Of a stretch of 64,000 nucleotides of DNA, positions 1 through 8,778 are shown piece by piece (position 1 is the stretch's first letter; each line of letters begins with the position of its first letter). Under the pieces are notes generated by a model. It saw only the letters and a list, made by a program, of their open reading frames with translations, did no database searches and was not told the origin of the DNA. The translations under genes and the position numbers were made by a program. This stretch comes from an uncultured Gemmatimonadaceae bacterium (GTDB lineage: Bacteria > Gemmatimonadota > Gemmatimonadetes > Gemmatimonadales > Gemmatimonadaceae): NCBI GenBank assembly GCA_963781585.1, contig CAWAGQ010000005.1:128001-192000 (forward strand). Direction: 5' to 3'.

Positions 1-1
1 C

Positions 2-220
2 GTGAGCGAGGTCCTCCTCGATGCGGTGCGCGCAACGCCGGACGGGACCAACCTCGACGTGTCGGCGGAGTTCGATGCCGGAGCCATCCGGGTCACGGCC
101 TCGCATGGCGGCCAGGCGGCGCCGATCACGCAGCACGCACTCGCGCGCCGCGTGCTCGAGGCGCACCGTGGCTCCCTCGAGGAGACGCCGGGGCGGACCG
201 TCATCCGATTCGCGCGATAG
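2..220 (+). CDS. 3' end of a gene truncated by the window edge; possibly a degenerate HATPase_c-like C-terminus
   Basis: Open from base 2 to TAG at 218-220; ARRVLEAHRGSLE resembles the end of histidine-kinase ATPase domains. Confidence 0.45.
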   Translation: MSEVLLDAVRATPDGTNLDVSAEFDAGAIRVTASHGGQAAPITQHALARRVLEAHRGSLEETPGRTVIRFAR

Positions 221-461
221 CGCACCCACCGACCGGGACTTTCGGTAACAGACCCGGGTTCCTGACGTTGCCCTGGAGCAACGCGAGCAGCTCTCGCGCT
301 ATCCGCGTTCGTGAGGGGGCTGGCGGGATCGAGGAGGGTGGCGGACGGCTCGATTTCCCCACTTCCTCTGCTCCGGCCGGACGCAGATACTATGGTCGTC
401 ACTCCACGCGCGCCCGGCACATGGCCTGCCGGATCTCCCGCCGCCCACCTGCCCCCCCGTC

Positions 462-2849
462 GTGTCAGATCTCGTCACCGCCTTGCGAGATGCCCTCGCC
501 GGCCGATATACCATCGACCGCGAGATCGGCCATGGTGGCATGGCGAGCGTCCTCCTCGCGCATGACGTGCGGCACGACCGTCCCGTCGCGGTCAAGGTGC
601 TCCACCCCCAGATCGCCGCAGCGGTGGGATCCGAGCGCTTCCTTCGCGAGATCCAGGTAGCGGCTCGGCTGCGACACCCGCACATTCTGCCGCTCTTCGA
701 CTCCGGCGAGGCGGCGGGACTCCTGTTCTACGTGATGCCGTACGTGGCCGGGGAGTCCCTGCGCGAACGACTGCGGCGGGCGGGCGCCCTTCCGTTGGCG
801 GACGCGTTGCGCATCGCCCGCGAGGTGGCAGACGCGCTCGACTACGCGCATAAGCAGGGAGTGGTGCATCGCGATATCAAACCCGACAACATACTGATCG
901 ACGACCGGCACGCGCTGATCGCGGATTTCGGCATCGCGCGCGCCGTCGCGCTCGACGACACGAGCGAGATGCTCACGTCCACGGGTCTGCTCGTGGGCAC
1001 GCCGGCGTACATGAGCCCGGAGCAGGTGAGCGGCGACCGCCTGCTCGACGGCCGGAGCGACCTCTACGCGCTGGGGTGCGTGCTCCATGAAATGCTCACG
1101 GGCGAGCCGCCGTTTTCGGGTCCGACGGCGCAGGCCATCATGGCAAAGCGCTTCGCCGGCGCCGCGCCGGCCATACCGGCTGACATCCCGCCGCCGGTAA
1201 CGGCGATCGTCGCTACGGCAATGCAGGTGGTCCCCGACAAGCGCTATGGCTCCGGGCGGGAGATGGCCGACGCACTCGACGCCGCAGAGAGCGCGAGCCG
1301 GGGTGTCGTGCCGACACCCGCGACGATGGCGACCAGGCCACCATTGCTGCGCCGTCCCGCCGTCGTGCTGGGCACGGCCGGCGCCCTCGTCGCGGTGATC
1401 GTGGCCGCCGTGCTGCTGAGGCAGCACGAACCAGCCGGAGCGGCACCCCCGGTGCAGGCCGCGTCGATCATGCCCTCGGTTGGCGTGCTGCCATTCGCCA
1501 ACCGGAGCGACAGCCGGGAGATGGAGTACTTCAGTGACGGCGTCACCGACGAGCTCATCACCGCGCTTTCGCGGGTGACCGGGATTCAGGTGGCCGGTCG
1601 TACCTCATCATTCTCGCTGAAGGGCAAGGGGCTCACGGCGCAGCAATCGGCCGACACGCTGCACGTGAAACTGCTGATCGACGGCAGCGTGCGGAGCAGC
1701 GGCCCGAGCGTCCGGGTGACGTGGGGTCTGATCGACGGCGCGAGCGGGCGGAGTCTCAACACCGGCGACTTCGACGGTGAGATGCGCAACGTCATCGCCC
1801 TGCAGGATTCGCTCGCCCGCACCATCGTGGCGCAGCTGCAGCCGGCGTTAGGCATCACGGTCACAGCCTCCACGCCCCGCCATACCACCGCGAACTTCGA
1901 GGCGTACAATCTGTATCTGCAGGGGCACTACTACTGGAACCAGCGGACGCCCGCGAGCATGCGGCGCGGCATCGCGTACTTCCGGGACGCCATCGCGCGG
2001 GATTCCGGCTACGCGCTGGCGTGGGCGGAACTGTCGAGCGCCTACACCCTGGAGGCGGGATTCGGCGACATGCGCCCCGGTGAGGTGCGGGACCTCGCGC
2101 GCGCGGCCGCCGAGCGGGCGGTGCGTCTCGACTCCACCCTGTCGGAGGGGTATACGGCGTTAGGCATCTGGCATTCGCTCGCAAACCAGGACTGGGCGAC
2201 GGCGCTGCCATATCTGGATCGGGCGGTGGCACTCGACTCGGCCAACTCGTTTCCGCACCTCTTTCGTACCTGGCCGCTGCTGGCGCTCGGACGCGGAGAG
2301 GAAGCCCTGGCTGAGGTCCGGAAGGCCGTGGCGCTCGATCCGCTGGCACCCACGCAGAATGCGCGGCTGGGCACCGTCCTCACCTGCCTGCGCCGCTACG
2401 ACGAGGCAATCGCCGGATTGCGCCGGGCCATCGAGCTCGATCCGTCAAACGTGCAGGCACGATTCGAGCTGGGGCACGCGTACGCGATGAAGGGTCGATT
2501 CGACGAGGCGTTCAAGGCGTTTCCCGACGCCATCGAATCGCAGGCCGGGTTCTCCACCGGATGGCTGGCCGCTTCCCTTGGCCGGGCCGGGCGGCCGGCG
2601 CAGGCGCGCGCGCTCTACGACCGGTTGCTGGCGCTGTCGAGGCAACGGCACGTCACGCAGGAGGCGCTGGCCCTCGCCGCGCTCGGCGCCGGTGACAAGT
2701 CACTCGCGCTGGACTGGCTGGAACGCGGGGTGCGCGAGCATTCGTTCTATCTCGTCTTTCTGAATGACGATCCGCTGTTCGACCCGCTGCGGAACGAGCC
2801 GCGGTTCCAGGCGATGCTGCGGCAGCTCCGGTTTCCCGGCGTGGGGTAG
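462..2849 (+). CDS. Hanks-type Ser/Thr protein kinase with TM segment, TolB-N-like domain and TPR repeats
   Basis: IGHGGMASV, VAVK, HRDIKPDN, DFG and GTPAYMSPEQ motifs; hydrophobic segment near aa 300-320; SVGVLPFAN..YFSDGVTDELI domain; TPR-like helices. Confidence 0.95.
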   Translation: MSDLVTALRDALAGRYTIDREIGHGGMASVLLAHDVRHDRPVAVKVLHPQIAAAVGSERFLREIQVAARLRHPHILPLFDSGEAAGLLFYVMPYVAGESLRERLRRAGALPLADALRIAREVADALDYAHKQGVVHRDIKPDNILIDDRHALIADFGIARAVALDDTSEMLTSTGLLVGTPAYMSPEQVSGDRLLDGRSDLYALGCVLHEMLTGEPPFSGPTAQAIMAKRFAGAAPAIPADIPPPVTAIVATAMQVVPDKRYGSGREMADALDAAESASRGVVPTPATMATRPPLLRRPAVVLGTAGALVAVIVAAVLLRQHEPAGAAPPVQAASIMPSVGVLPFANRSDSREMEYFSDGVTDELITALSRVTGIQVAGRTSSFSLKGKGLTAQQSADTLHVKLLIDGSVRSSGPSVRVTWGLIDGASGRSLNTGDFDGEMRNVIALQDSLARTIVAQLQPALGITVTASTPRHTTANFEAYNLYLQGHYYWNQRTPASMRRGIAYFRDAIARDSGYALAWAELSSAYTLEAGFGDMRPGEVRDLARAAAERAVRLDSTLSEGYTALGIWHSLANQDWATALPYLDRAVALDSANSFPHLFRTWPLLALGRGEEALAEVRKAVALDPLAPTQNARLGTVLTCLRRYDEAIAGLRRAIELDPSNVQARFELGHAYAMKGRFDEAFKAFPDAIESQAGFSTGWLAASLGRAGRPAQARALYDRLLALSRQRHVTQEALALAALGAGDKSLALDWLERGVREHSFYLVFLNDDPLFDPLRNEPRFQAMLRQLRFPGVG

Positions 2850-3057
2850 TCCATTCCTCTCCTCTCTGCGGCTTCTGCGGTTCACGGACCACCGGAGGCG
2901 CGAAGGACACAGAGCATCCGCTTCATCCGCCAAATCCGTTGCCGTTTCAGCTCCTGGGCATGGGCAGGGCGTGCGAGTCCGACCGGGCCGCAACACCCTC
3001 CCCTCTCCGGCACCAGCATTCAGACTCCCACAAAGGCCGACACAGGACGTCCGCAAC

Positions 3058-4711
3058 ATGACCGTCACGAGATCATCTGTACGCTCACCGCGCCGAAGTA
3101 GTCGGTTTTTCCGGGTCGCGATGCGCGGCGCCGCGATAACACTCGCCAGCGCTGCCGGGTTCGCCCAAGCATCCGCTCAAACGACCGGCGGTGCAGAGGC
3201 CCGCGCCGCGGCCCGGGAGTATCGCGAGGCGAACGAAGCGAAGCTGGTCCGCGACTTCGCGACCCTGCTCGCCATGCCTAACGTGGCGTCGAACCTGGCC
3301 AACGTACGGCGGAACGCGGACTACCTGTCGGTCGCTGCTGCGCGAGCGCGGCATCACGCCTCAGCTGTTGGAGGTGCCGAACGCGCCCCCCGCGGTGTAC
3401 GGCGAGCTCACGACCCCGGGCGCCACGCGCACCGTCGTGCTCTACGCACACTACGACGGCCAGCCGGTGGATCCGACGCAGTGGGCCGGGGCGCCGTGGA
3501 CCCCGGTGCTCCGCGACAAGCCGCTCACCCAGGGCGGTCATGACGTCCCCTTCCCCGCCCCCGGCCAGGCGGTGAACGGCGAGTGGCGCATCTACGCCCG
3601 CTCGGCCGGCGACGACAAGGCGTCGATCATGGCGATGCTCACCGCGCTCGACGCCATGCGCGCGGCGAAGCTCGCCCCGACGGTCAACGTCAAGTTCTTC
3701 TTCGAGGGCGAGGAGGAGGCGGGTTCGGGCCACCTCGAGGCGATCCTGCGCAAGTACAAGGACCTGCTCCGTGCCGACGCCTGGCTCTTCTGCGACGGCC
3801 CCGAGCACCAGACCGGGCGCCAGCAGGTGCTGTTCGGGCAGCGGGGCGTGGTGGATCTCGAACTCACCGTCTACGGGCCCACTCGGCCGCTGCACAGCGG
3901 CCACTACGGCAACTGGGCGCCGAATCCGGCTGCGCTGCTGGCCAACCTGATTGCGTCGATGCGCGACGACGACGGGCATATCCGGATCGCCGGCTACTAC
4001 GACGACGTGCGTCCGATCAGTGCCGCCGAGCGACAGGCGCTGGCCGCGCTGCCGGCGATCGACCCCACACTGCGCGCCTCGTTAGGCCTGGCACGCACCG
4101 AGGCCGGCGACGCACCGCTGGTGGAGCGGATCATGATGCCCGCGCTCAACGTGCGCGGACTGCGGGCGGGCGGGGTGGAGGAGACCTCGGCCAACGTGAT
4201 CTCCACCGAGGCGCTGGCGTCGTTCGATTTCCGGCTGGTGCCCGATCAGACGCCCGAACACGTGAAGCAGCTCGTCGAACGGCACCTCGCGGCGCAGGGA
4301 TACCACATCGTTCGCGACGTGCCCGACTCAGCCACCCGGGTGACGTATCCGAAGATCGCGCGGCTGCGGTGGGGGAGCGGGTATCCGGCGCAGCGAGCGT
4401 CGCTGGACGACCCGTTCGGGCGGGCGCTCATCGCCGCGCTGTCCGACGGCGCGCCGCAGCCGCCGCTCGTGCTGCCCACGTCGGGCGGGAGCGGGCCGAG
4501 CTATCTATTCACCGAGATCCTGGGTGCGCCGGTGGTGGGGCTCCCGATCGCCAACTACGACGACAACCAGCACGTCGCGAACGAGAATCTGCGGCTGCAG
4601 AATCTGTGGGATGGGGTCGAGTTGTACGCGGGGTTGCTGGTGCGGCTGGGACCGGCGTGGAGGAGCGCCGGGGTGACGCCAGACAGCTTCTCGCGGCTTC
4701 GCACTCCTTAG
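3058..4711 (+). CDS. M20/M25/M40 family metallopeptidase with signal peptide; one frameshift near 3330
   Basis: YAHYDGQP, ARSAGDDK, EGEEEAGS, LHSGHYGN and NQHVANEN motifs; the N-terminus (..MPNVASNLANVRRNADYL) is in another frame. Confidence 0.9.
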
Positions 4712-4735
4712 CGTACGGTGAGGCGGATGCGTTTC

Positions 4736-5918
4736 TCACCCACGGTGTAGCCTGTAGAGAGTTACGTGCGGTTCGCCGACGCGATCCTCATACGTACCGA
4801 GAATGTAGTCGTCGGCAATGTCGAATACTGTGAGGCCGGTCGGTATCCGGACGTCACCCACCAAACGACCGTCGTCCGCCAGCGCCAACAGCCGTGTCTC
4901 GACGTCTCCCGGCAAGTAGAGTGACACCCATAGTGTACCGGCCCGATCAGTGAATAGCGCCGTGTACGGGGGCACAGTGGCTGGCATCGGCCCTTCCAAC
5001 TCCAGGTCCTTCATTAGCTGCCGAGTCCGTGCATCCTGCCCGTACATGGCGAGAGCGTCTGCGGATGCTTCGTACTGCGCTCTCGATGGTCTCCGCGGTT
5101 CTACCGGCACGCGGATGGACGCGCGTCGCTGGCCATCCAAGGCGAACACTTCGATCACGGCCGAATCGGCGGGGCCGACGTAGAGACGATCGTCGGATAT
5201 CGCTATCACCGGTGCACGACCCAAGGGTCGTGGGACCGCCGCGCCGATGTGCGTGATGCTGTATTCCGGTCCCGGTACCATTCCAATCACCGCCAAGGTA
5301 CTGTCAGCGCCATTCACGACTCGCAGTTTCGCCCGTTCACGCGCCGACACAACGCCTGGTTTCGGAGGTTGAGAAAAGTTCGGTCGATCGTGCAGCGCGA
5401 ATTGGCCTTTGCGATTGCAGCGGATCAGATAGGGCGCGGGATCGAGCCTTCCGGCCGACGGGATGATGAAGCTGACGTCCCATGCGCCCACTCTTGTCAA
5501 GCGCTGTCAGCCGCTGATGGAAGAAGTCCCAGACGAAGAGACTGTCCGCAGCGCACTGGCCGAGCCAGGAGATGAGGCGGAATTCTCCAGGTCCATCACC
5601 CGAACGCCCAACAGTCCGCAGCAGGTGCCCTCTGGCGTCAAAGAAGCTGATTCTGTCGCCTCGTCCGTCGGCGATCACAATGGTGCCGTCTTGCTGTCGA
5701 ACGCCTGCTACCGGTAGCTCGAGCAACGCGGCCCCGGTCGGAGACAGGCCGTGAATATCGACGCTCGGAACAGAGTCGACGGACCAATGCGTTTGTGCGA
5801 GTGCGCAAGATGCCGTAGCAGCGTGCAGTAGTGCACAGATCACCAGTAGTGATGTTAGGGACGAAGAGCAAGGCGATGACTCGCCCGTGATGGACGAAAA
5901 CTTCGAATACCATCGCAT
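4736..5918 (-). CDS. Exported 6-bladed beta-propeller protein; frameshift near 5473
   Basis: GGAG RBS before ATG 5918; hydrophobic leader ending ALA-Q; VGRSGDGPGEFRLI..DSLFVWD and LFTDRAGTLWV propeller signatures split over ORFs 5337..6734 and 4736..5500. Confidence 0.75.
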
Positions 5919-6059
5919 AGCTGGTGCTCCGTGAAAGCCCCGCTTGAGGCGCGAATCGGCCTGACGCGTCAAGACCAGTGACCCAGCCAGAAATGCTCGG
6001 AATGGCCGTGCTGCACTGCGAGCCACGGTCCCCGGGGAACTGTTTCCGCCAGCCGGAAG

Positions 6060-6731
6060 AGACTCTACCTGATTCCTACGCTGCTTAGTGCCGCGCAGGG
6101 CAACTTCGACCGATCGCCGTAGCTCCGGGGTCAGCCCCGCAAACAACGCTGAATCGACCAGGACCGTAGGCGTAACGAATATTCCCAGGCTGCGGCCTGC
6201 CGCAATATCACGTTCGACCACGCGCATGACCGCCGAATCGCCGATGCAGCTACTGAACCTCATCGTGTCACGAATGCCGGCGCGGACCGCGAGAGAGACC
6301 CATTCCTGTCGAATCAGCGCCGCTGGATTCTCAAAAAGCATATCGTTATAGCGGTCGAACGAGCCAAGCTTGGCAGCACACACAGCGCTGCGGGCTGCGG
6401 GCAGCGCGACCGGGTGTGCTCGAAGGGGGTAATGACGCCAGACCACTTCCAGCTGGTTCTGATGCGTGGGCCGGATCTTTGCGAGATAGTGGTGGAGCGA
6501 TCGGCACCCGGGGCACTCATAGTCCGAGAAGACGGTGACGACAACAGACGGTTGCGACGCACCAAGCTTCTCTCCAGCCGCGGCGATGGAGCGCCATTCC
6601 GGGATGATTAGCGGTGCCACGGCGGCTCGTATTGGTAGCCGCCGCACTTGCCACACGTTGCGTATGGTCAGCGCGCTGGCCAGCCCCACGAGCGCAATTG
6701 CCGCGACGCGCGTGAGCCTCTGCACGGGCAT
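6060..6731 (-). CDS. DsbA-family (Thioredoxin_4/BdbD-like) disulfide oxidoreductase no. 1; 3' end uncertain because the frame stays open into the propeller gene
   Basis: N-terminal TM anchor, FSDYECPGC active site, RHYP, cis-Pro loop VTPT, second Cys pair (AVCAA..FSSCI). Confidence 0.88.
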
Positions 6732-6832
6732 CAATCAGGATCAGGCATCGAAGCTGTGGCCATCCGCGGCACGAGGACGGGGACAGACATCACTTGGTCA
6801 GACTCGTTGCCAGCGCGCGCGTAGCCTGACCC

Positions 6833-7042
6833 TCATTGCTCCTCCATGTTGTAGCACTCCGGCCCTGGGAACGGATAGGGGAAGCAGTAGTTGCAGGTGA
6901 CGGAGAGGTTATCGCAGTCGGCATGCACCTTGCATCGGTAGTCGCTGCAGGTCGTGAAGGTTGTACGGTGTTGACTCGCGTACGCGAGATTTGCAGCCGA
7001 GACGAGGAGACCCGCTGCGGCTAGCAGAATGTTCTTCTTCAT
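6833..7042 (-). CDS. Small secreted cysteine-rich peptide no. 1 (69 aa, 6 Cys)
   Basis: GGAGG RBS; MKKNILLAAAGLLVSAANLAYA signal peptide; mature part C-X4-C-X5-C-X6-C-X2-C-X9-C. Confidence 0.8.
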   Translation of the reverse strand: MKKNILLAAAGLLVSAANLAYASQHRTTFTTCSDYRCKVHADCDNLSVTCNYCFPYPFPGPECYNMEEQ

Positions 7043-7270
7043 CTGACATGCCTCCACATGAGCTGTTCAGCTGAGCGTGAGCGGCGTGGTGATGGATCAC
7101 CCAGCACGAGGACATTTGGTGCCGCGGCAACAGAACGGCTTGGACTTACGTTCAATGACGAAGCGATCGTCTTCTCGCGTGCGGACGCGACCAATCTCTC
7201 TGCTTGGCCCAGGAAGGATCAGTGCCCCCGCACGATGGCCCATGCTACGCTTGGACGTGGGCGTCCCACA

Positions 7271-7287
7271 ATAGATCGGTGATCTAT
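7271..7287. promoter_or_regulatory. Perfect 7-3-7 inverted repeat ATAGATC-GGT-GATCTAT upstream of peptide 1 (candidate operator)
   Basis: Palindrome read directly; near-identical element upstream of peptide 2. Confidence 0.4.
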
Positions 7288-7436
7288 GAAGTGAAGGCCG
7301 TCGCAAGAACAAGACGGCGAGATTCGAAGCAACCAGTAACCACGAGACCGTTGCTGCACACAATTCGAACTGCAGAGCGCGAAGAGCATGTCTCTGCGGT
7401 GATCACGCGAGCCACGGGTCGCGGCCGCAGCACTGC

Positions 7437-8120
7437 TCAAGCCTTCTCCTCGAAGTCTTCCAGCCGCAACATCCACGAGCCGGAGATACCCAGTTTTCCA
7501 TAAATCGCGTGCAGATGGTTGCGCACGGTCCGTTCGCTGATCCCGAGCCTCGCCGCTATTTCCCTGGCCGTACGTCCCGACGCCCTGAGTCCGGCCACGT
7601 CGCGCTGGCGCACCGTCAAGCGCTGTCGCGCTCGGGGCCGCCGATACCGGCCCGCTTCCGCTGCCCGCTGCAGCAGGTCCGACACCAGCTTGGGCCACGG
7701 GGACTGCCCTCGTACCGCCGCCTTCACAACAGCTTGAAGCTGCTGGGCGGTCGGATCACCGAGCACGAATCCACACGCTCCGAGCCGGACGAACTCGAGT
7801 ATCTCCCGCTCATCCTCCTCGTCCACACCGTAGACTACCACGTGAACGCCGGCAGGAATGCGTGGCCCGATCGAGGCGAACGCGCGCGCAGAAATCGACC
7901 CCCCGTCCAGCAGGAGCAACACCGATCCTGCTTCATCCGCCTCGACCGGCGTTGCCGATCGCCGCGAGGCGGGACTCACCGGAACCTGAACGACTGGCGC
8001 GATGACCCGCGCTATGGCCTCTGCATCGAGCAACAGCCCACTCAATACCACCACGCGACTGGCGCGAAATGGCGGAGCCCGGCCGGCGGGTTGCGACGGA
8101 CCGTCCTGGGACGTGACCAT
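7437..8120 (-). CDS. LuxR/NarL-type regulator with degenerate receiver domain
   Basis: C-terminal LTVRQRDV..GRTAREIAARLGISERTVRNHLHAIYGKLG HTH; REC-like GACGFVL; start chosen by analogy with the AAGGAGG-preceded ATG of the copy at 13378. Confidence 0.88.
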   Translation of the reverse strand: MVTSQDGPSQPAGRAPPFRASRVVVLSGLLLDAEAIARVIAPVVQVPVSPASRRSATPVEADEAGSVLLLLDGGSISARAFASIGPRIPAGVHVVVYGVDEEDEREILEFVRLGACGFVLGDPTAQQLQAVVKAAVRGQSPWPKLVSDLLQRAAEAGRYRRPRARQRLTVRQRDVAGLRASGRTAREIAARLGISERTVRNHLHAIYGKLGISGSWMLRLEDFEEKA

Positions 8121-8490
8121 AGGCATCCTTCGGGAGCTCGCCGAAACCCAGACCCATCGCCTTCTGTGGCGTGTCCCCGCGGATCGCAAGGCTCGCTCGA
8201 TCCGTCGGGTACGTCTCTCCCGTACAGCCAAGTTGGGGTGTCTAGGCCGCGCGCACCGACACGCTATGTGCAGTTGCAATACACCATGTTACGTCGGGCC
8301 AGATATCCGGGGCGAGGCGACGCGATCGCGGACGTAGCCGGGCGAGCAGCAGCGAGATTCCGCTCCTCAGCAGGTGGCGATGCTCGCGGCGCTTGTGGAT
8401 CTCGATCGAGCTCACCGTCTCCGCGCCGACGCGTCCACTCCACCGCGGGCATTACGGAACTGGGCGCGTAGTCCGACTACCCTCGCTCAG
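7884..8490. repeat. ~600 bp dispersed direct repeat, copy 1 (5' half of luxR, its leader, M20 remnant)
   Basis: Aligns by eye along its length with 13138-13748. Confidence 0.92.
8345..8475 (+). pseudogene. Decayed fragment of the M20 peptidase gene (copy 1)
   Basis: Translates ..IELTVSAPTRPLHRGHYG.. versus DLELTVYGPTRPLHSGHYGNWAP at 3851-3928. Confidence 0.75.
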
Positions 8491-8778
8491 TGGAGACCGC
8501 TTCGCCAACCCGACTGCATTCCTGCACCCGAGGTGCCAGGATCGCGGGATCTTCGTGGCGCAGCATGGCCGTCTTGTATCCCACCACTTCCATCCCTAGC
8601 GCGCAGGCCTTGGTGAAGTTCGAGCGCGATCACGGGCAGGATGCCGTCGACTGACACAGCGATGGTCGACCGCGGGACATCCTGACCGTACGAACGCGGG
8701 CGTGCTTCCGGCAAGTCGAGCCGCGGTTCTAGCGACTTCCGGCCTTCAAACTCATTGCCCTGACACGGTAGCAAGGGA

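Noticed and set aside
225..330. Structured ncRNA or riboswitch upstream of the kinase
   Set aside because: Only short GC hairpins (cgttgc/gcaacg, cgcgag/ctcgcg), with no recognisable family motif.
5337..6734. DsbA-beta-propeller fusion protein (465 aa ORF)
   Set aside because: The propeller has its own GGAG RBS, ATG (5918) and signal-like leader, and the linker looks non-coding. With indels common here, a lost stop is more likely, though a fusion is not excluded.
8494..8700. Longer PIN/vapC remnant (ILPVIALELHQGLR)
   Set aside because: Only a vague resemblance; beyond the last ~17 bp I cannot align it to vapC by eye.
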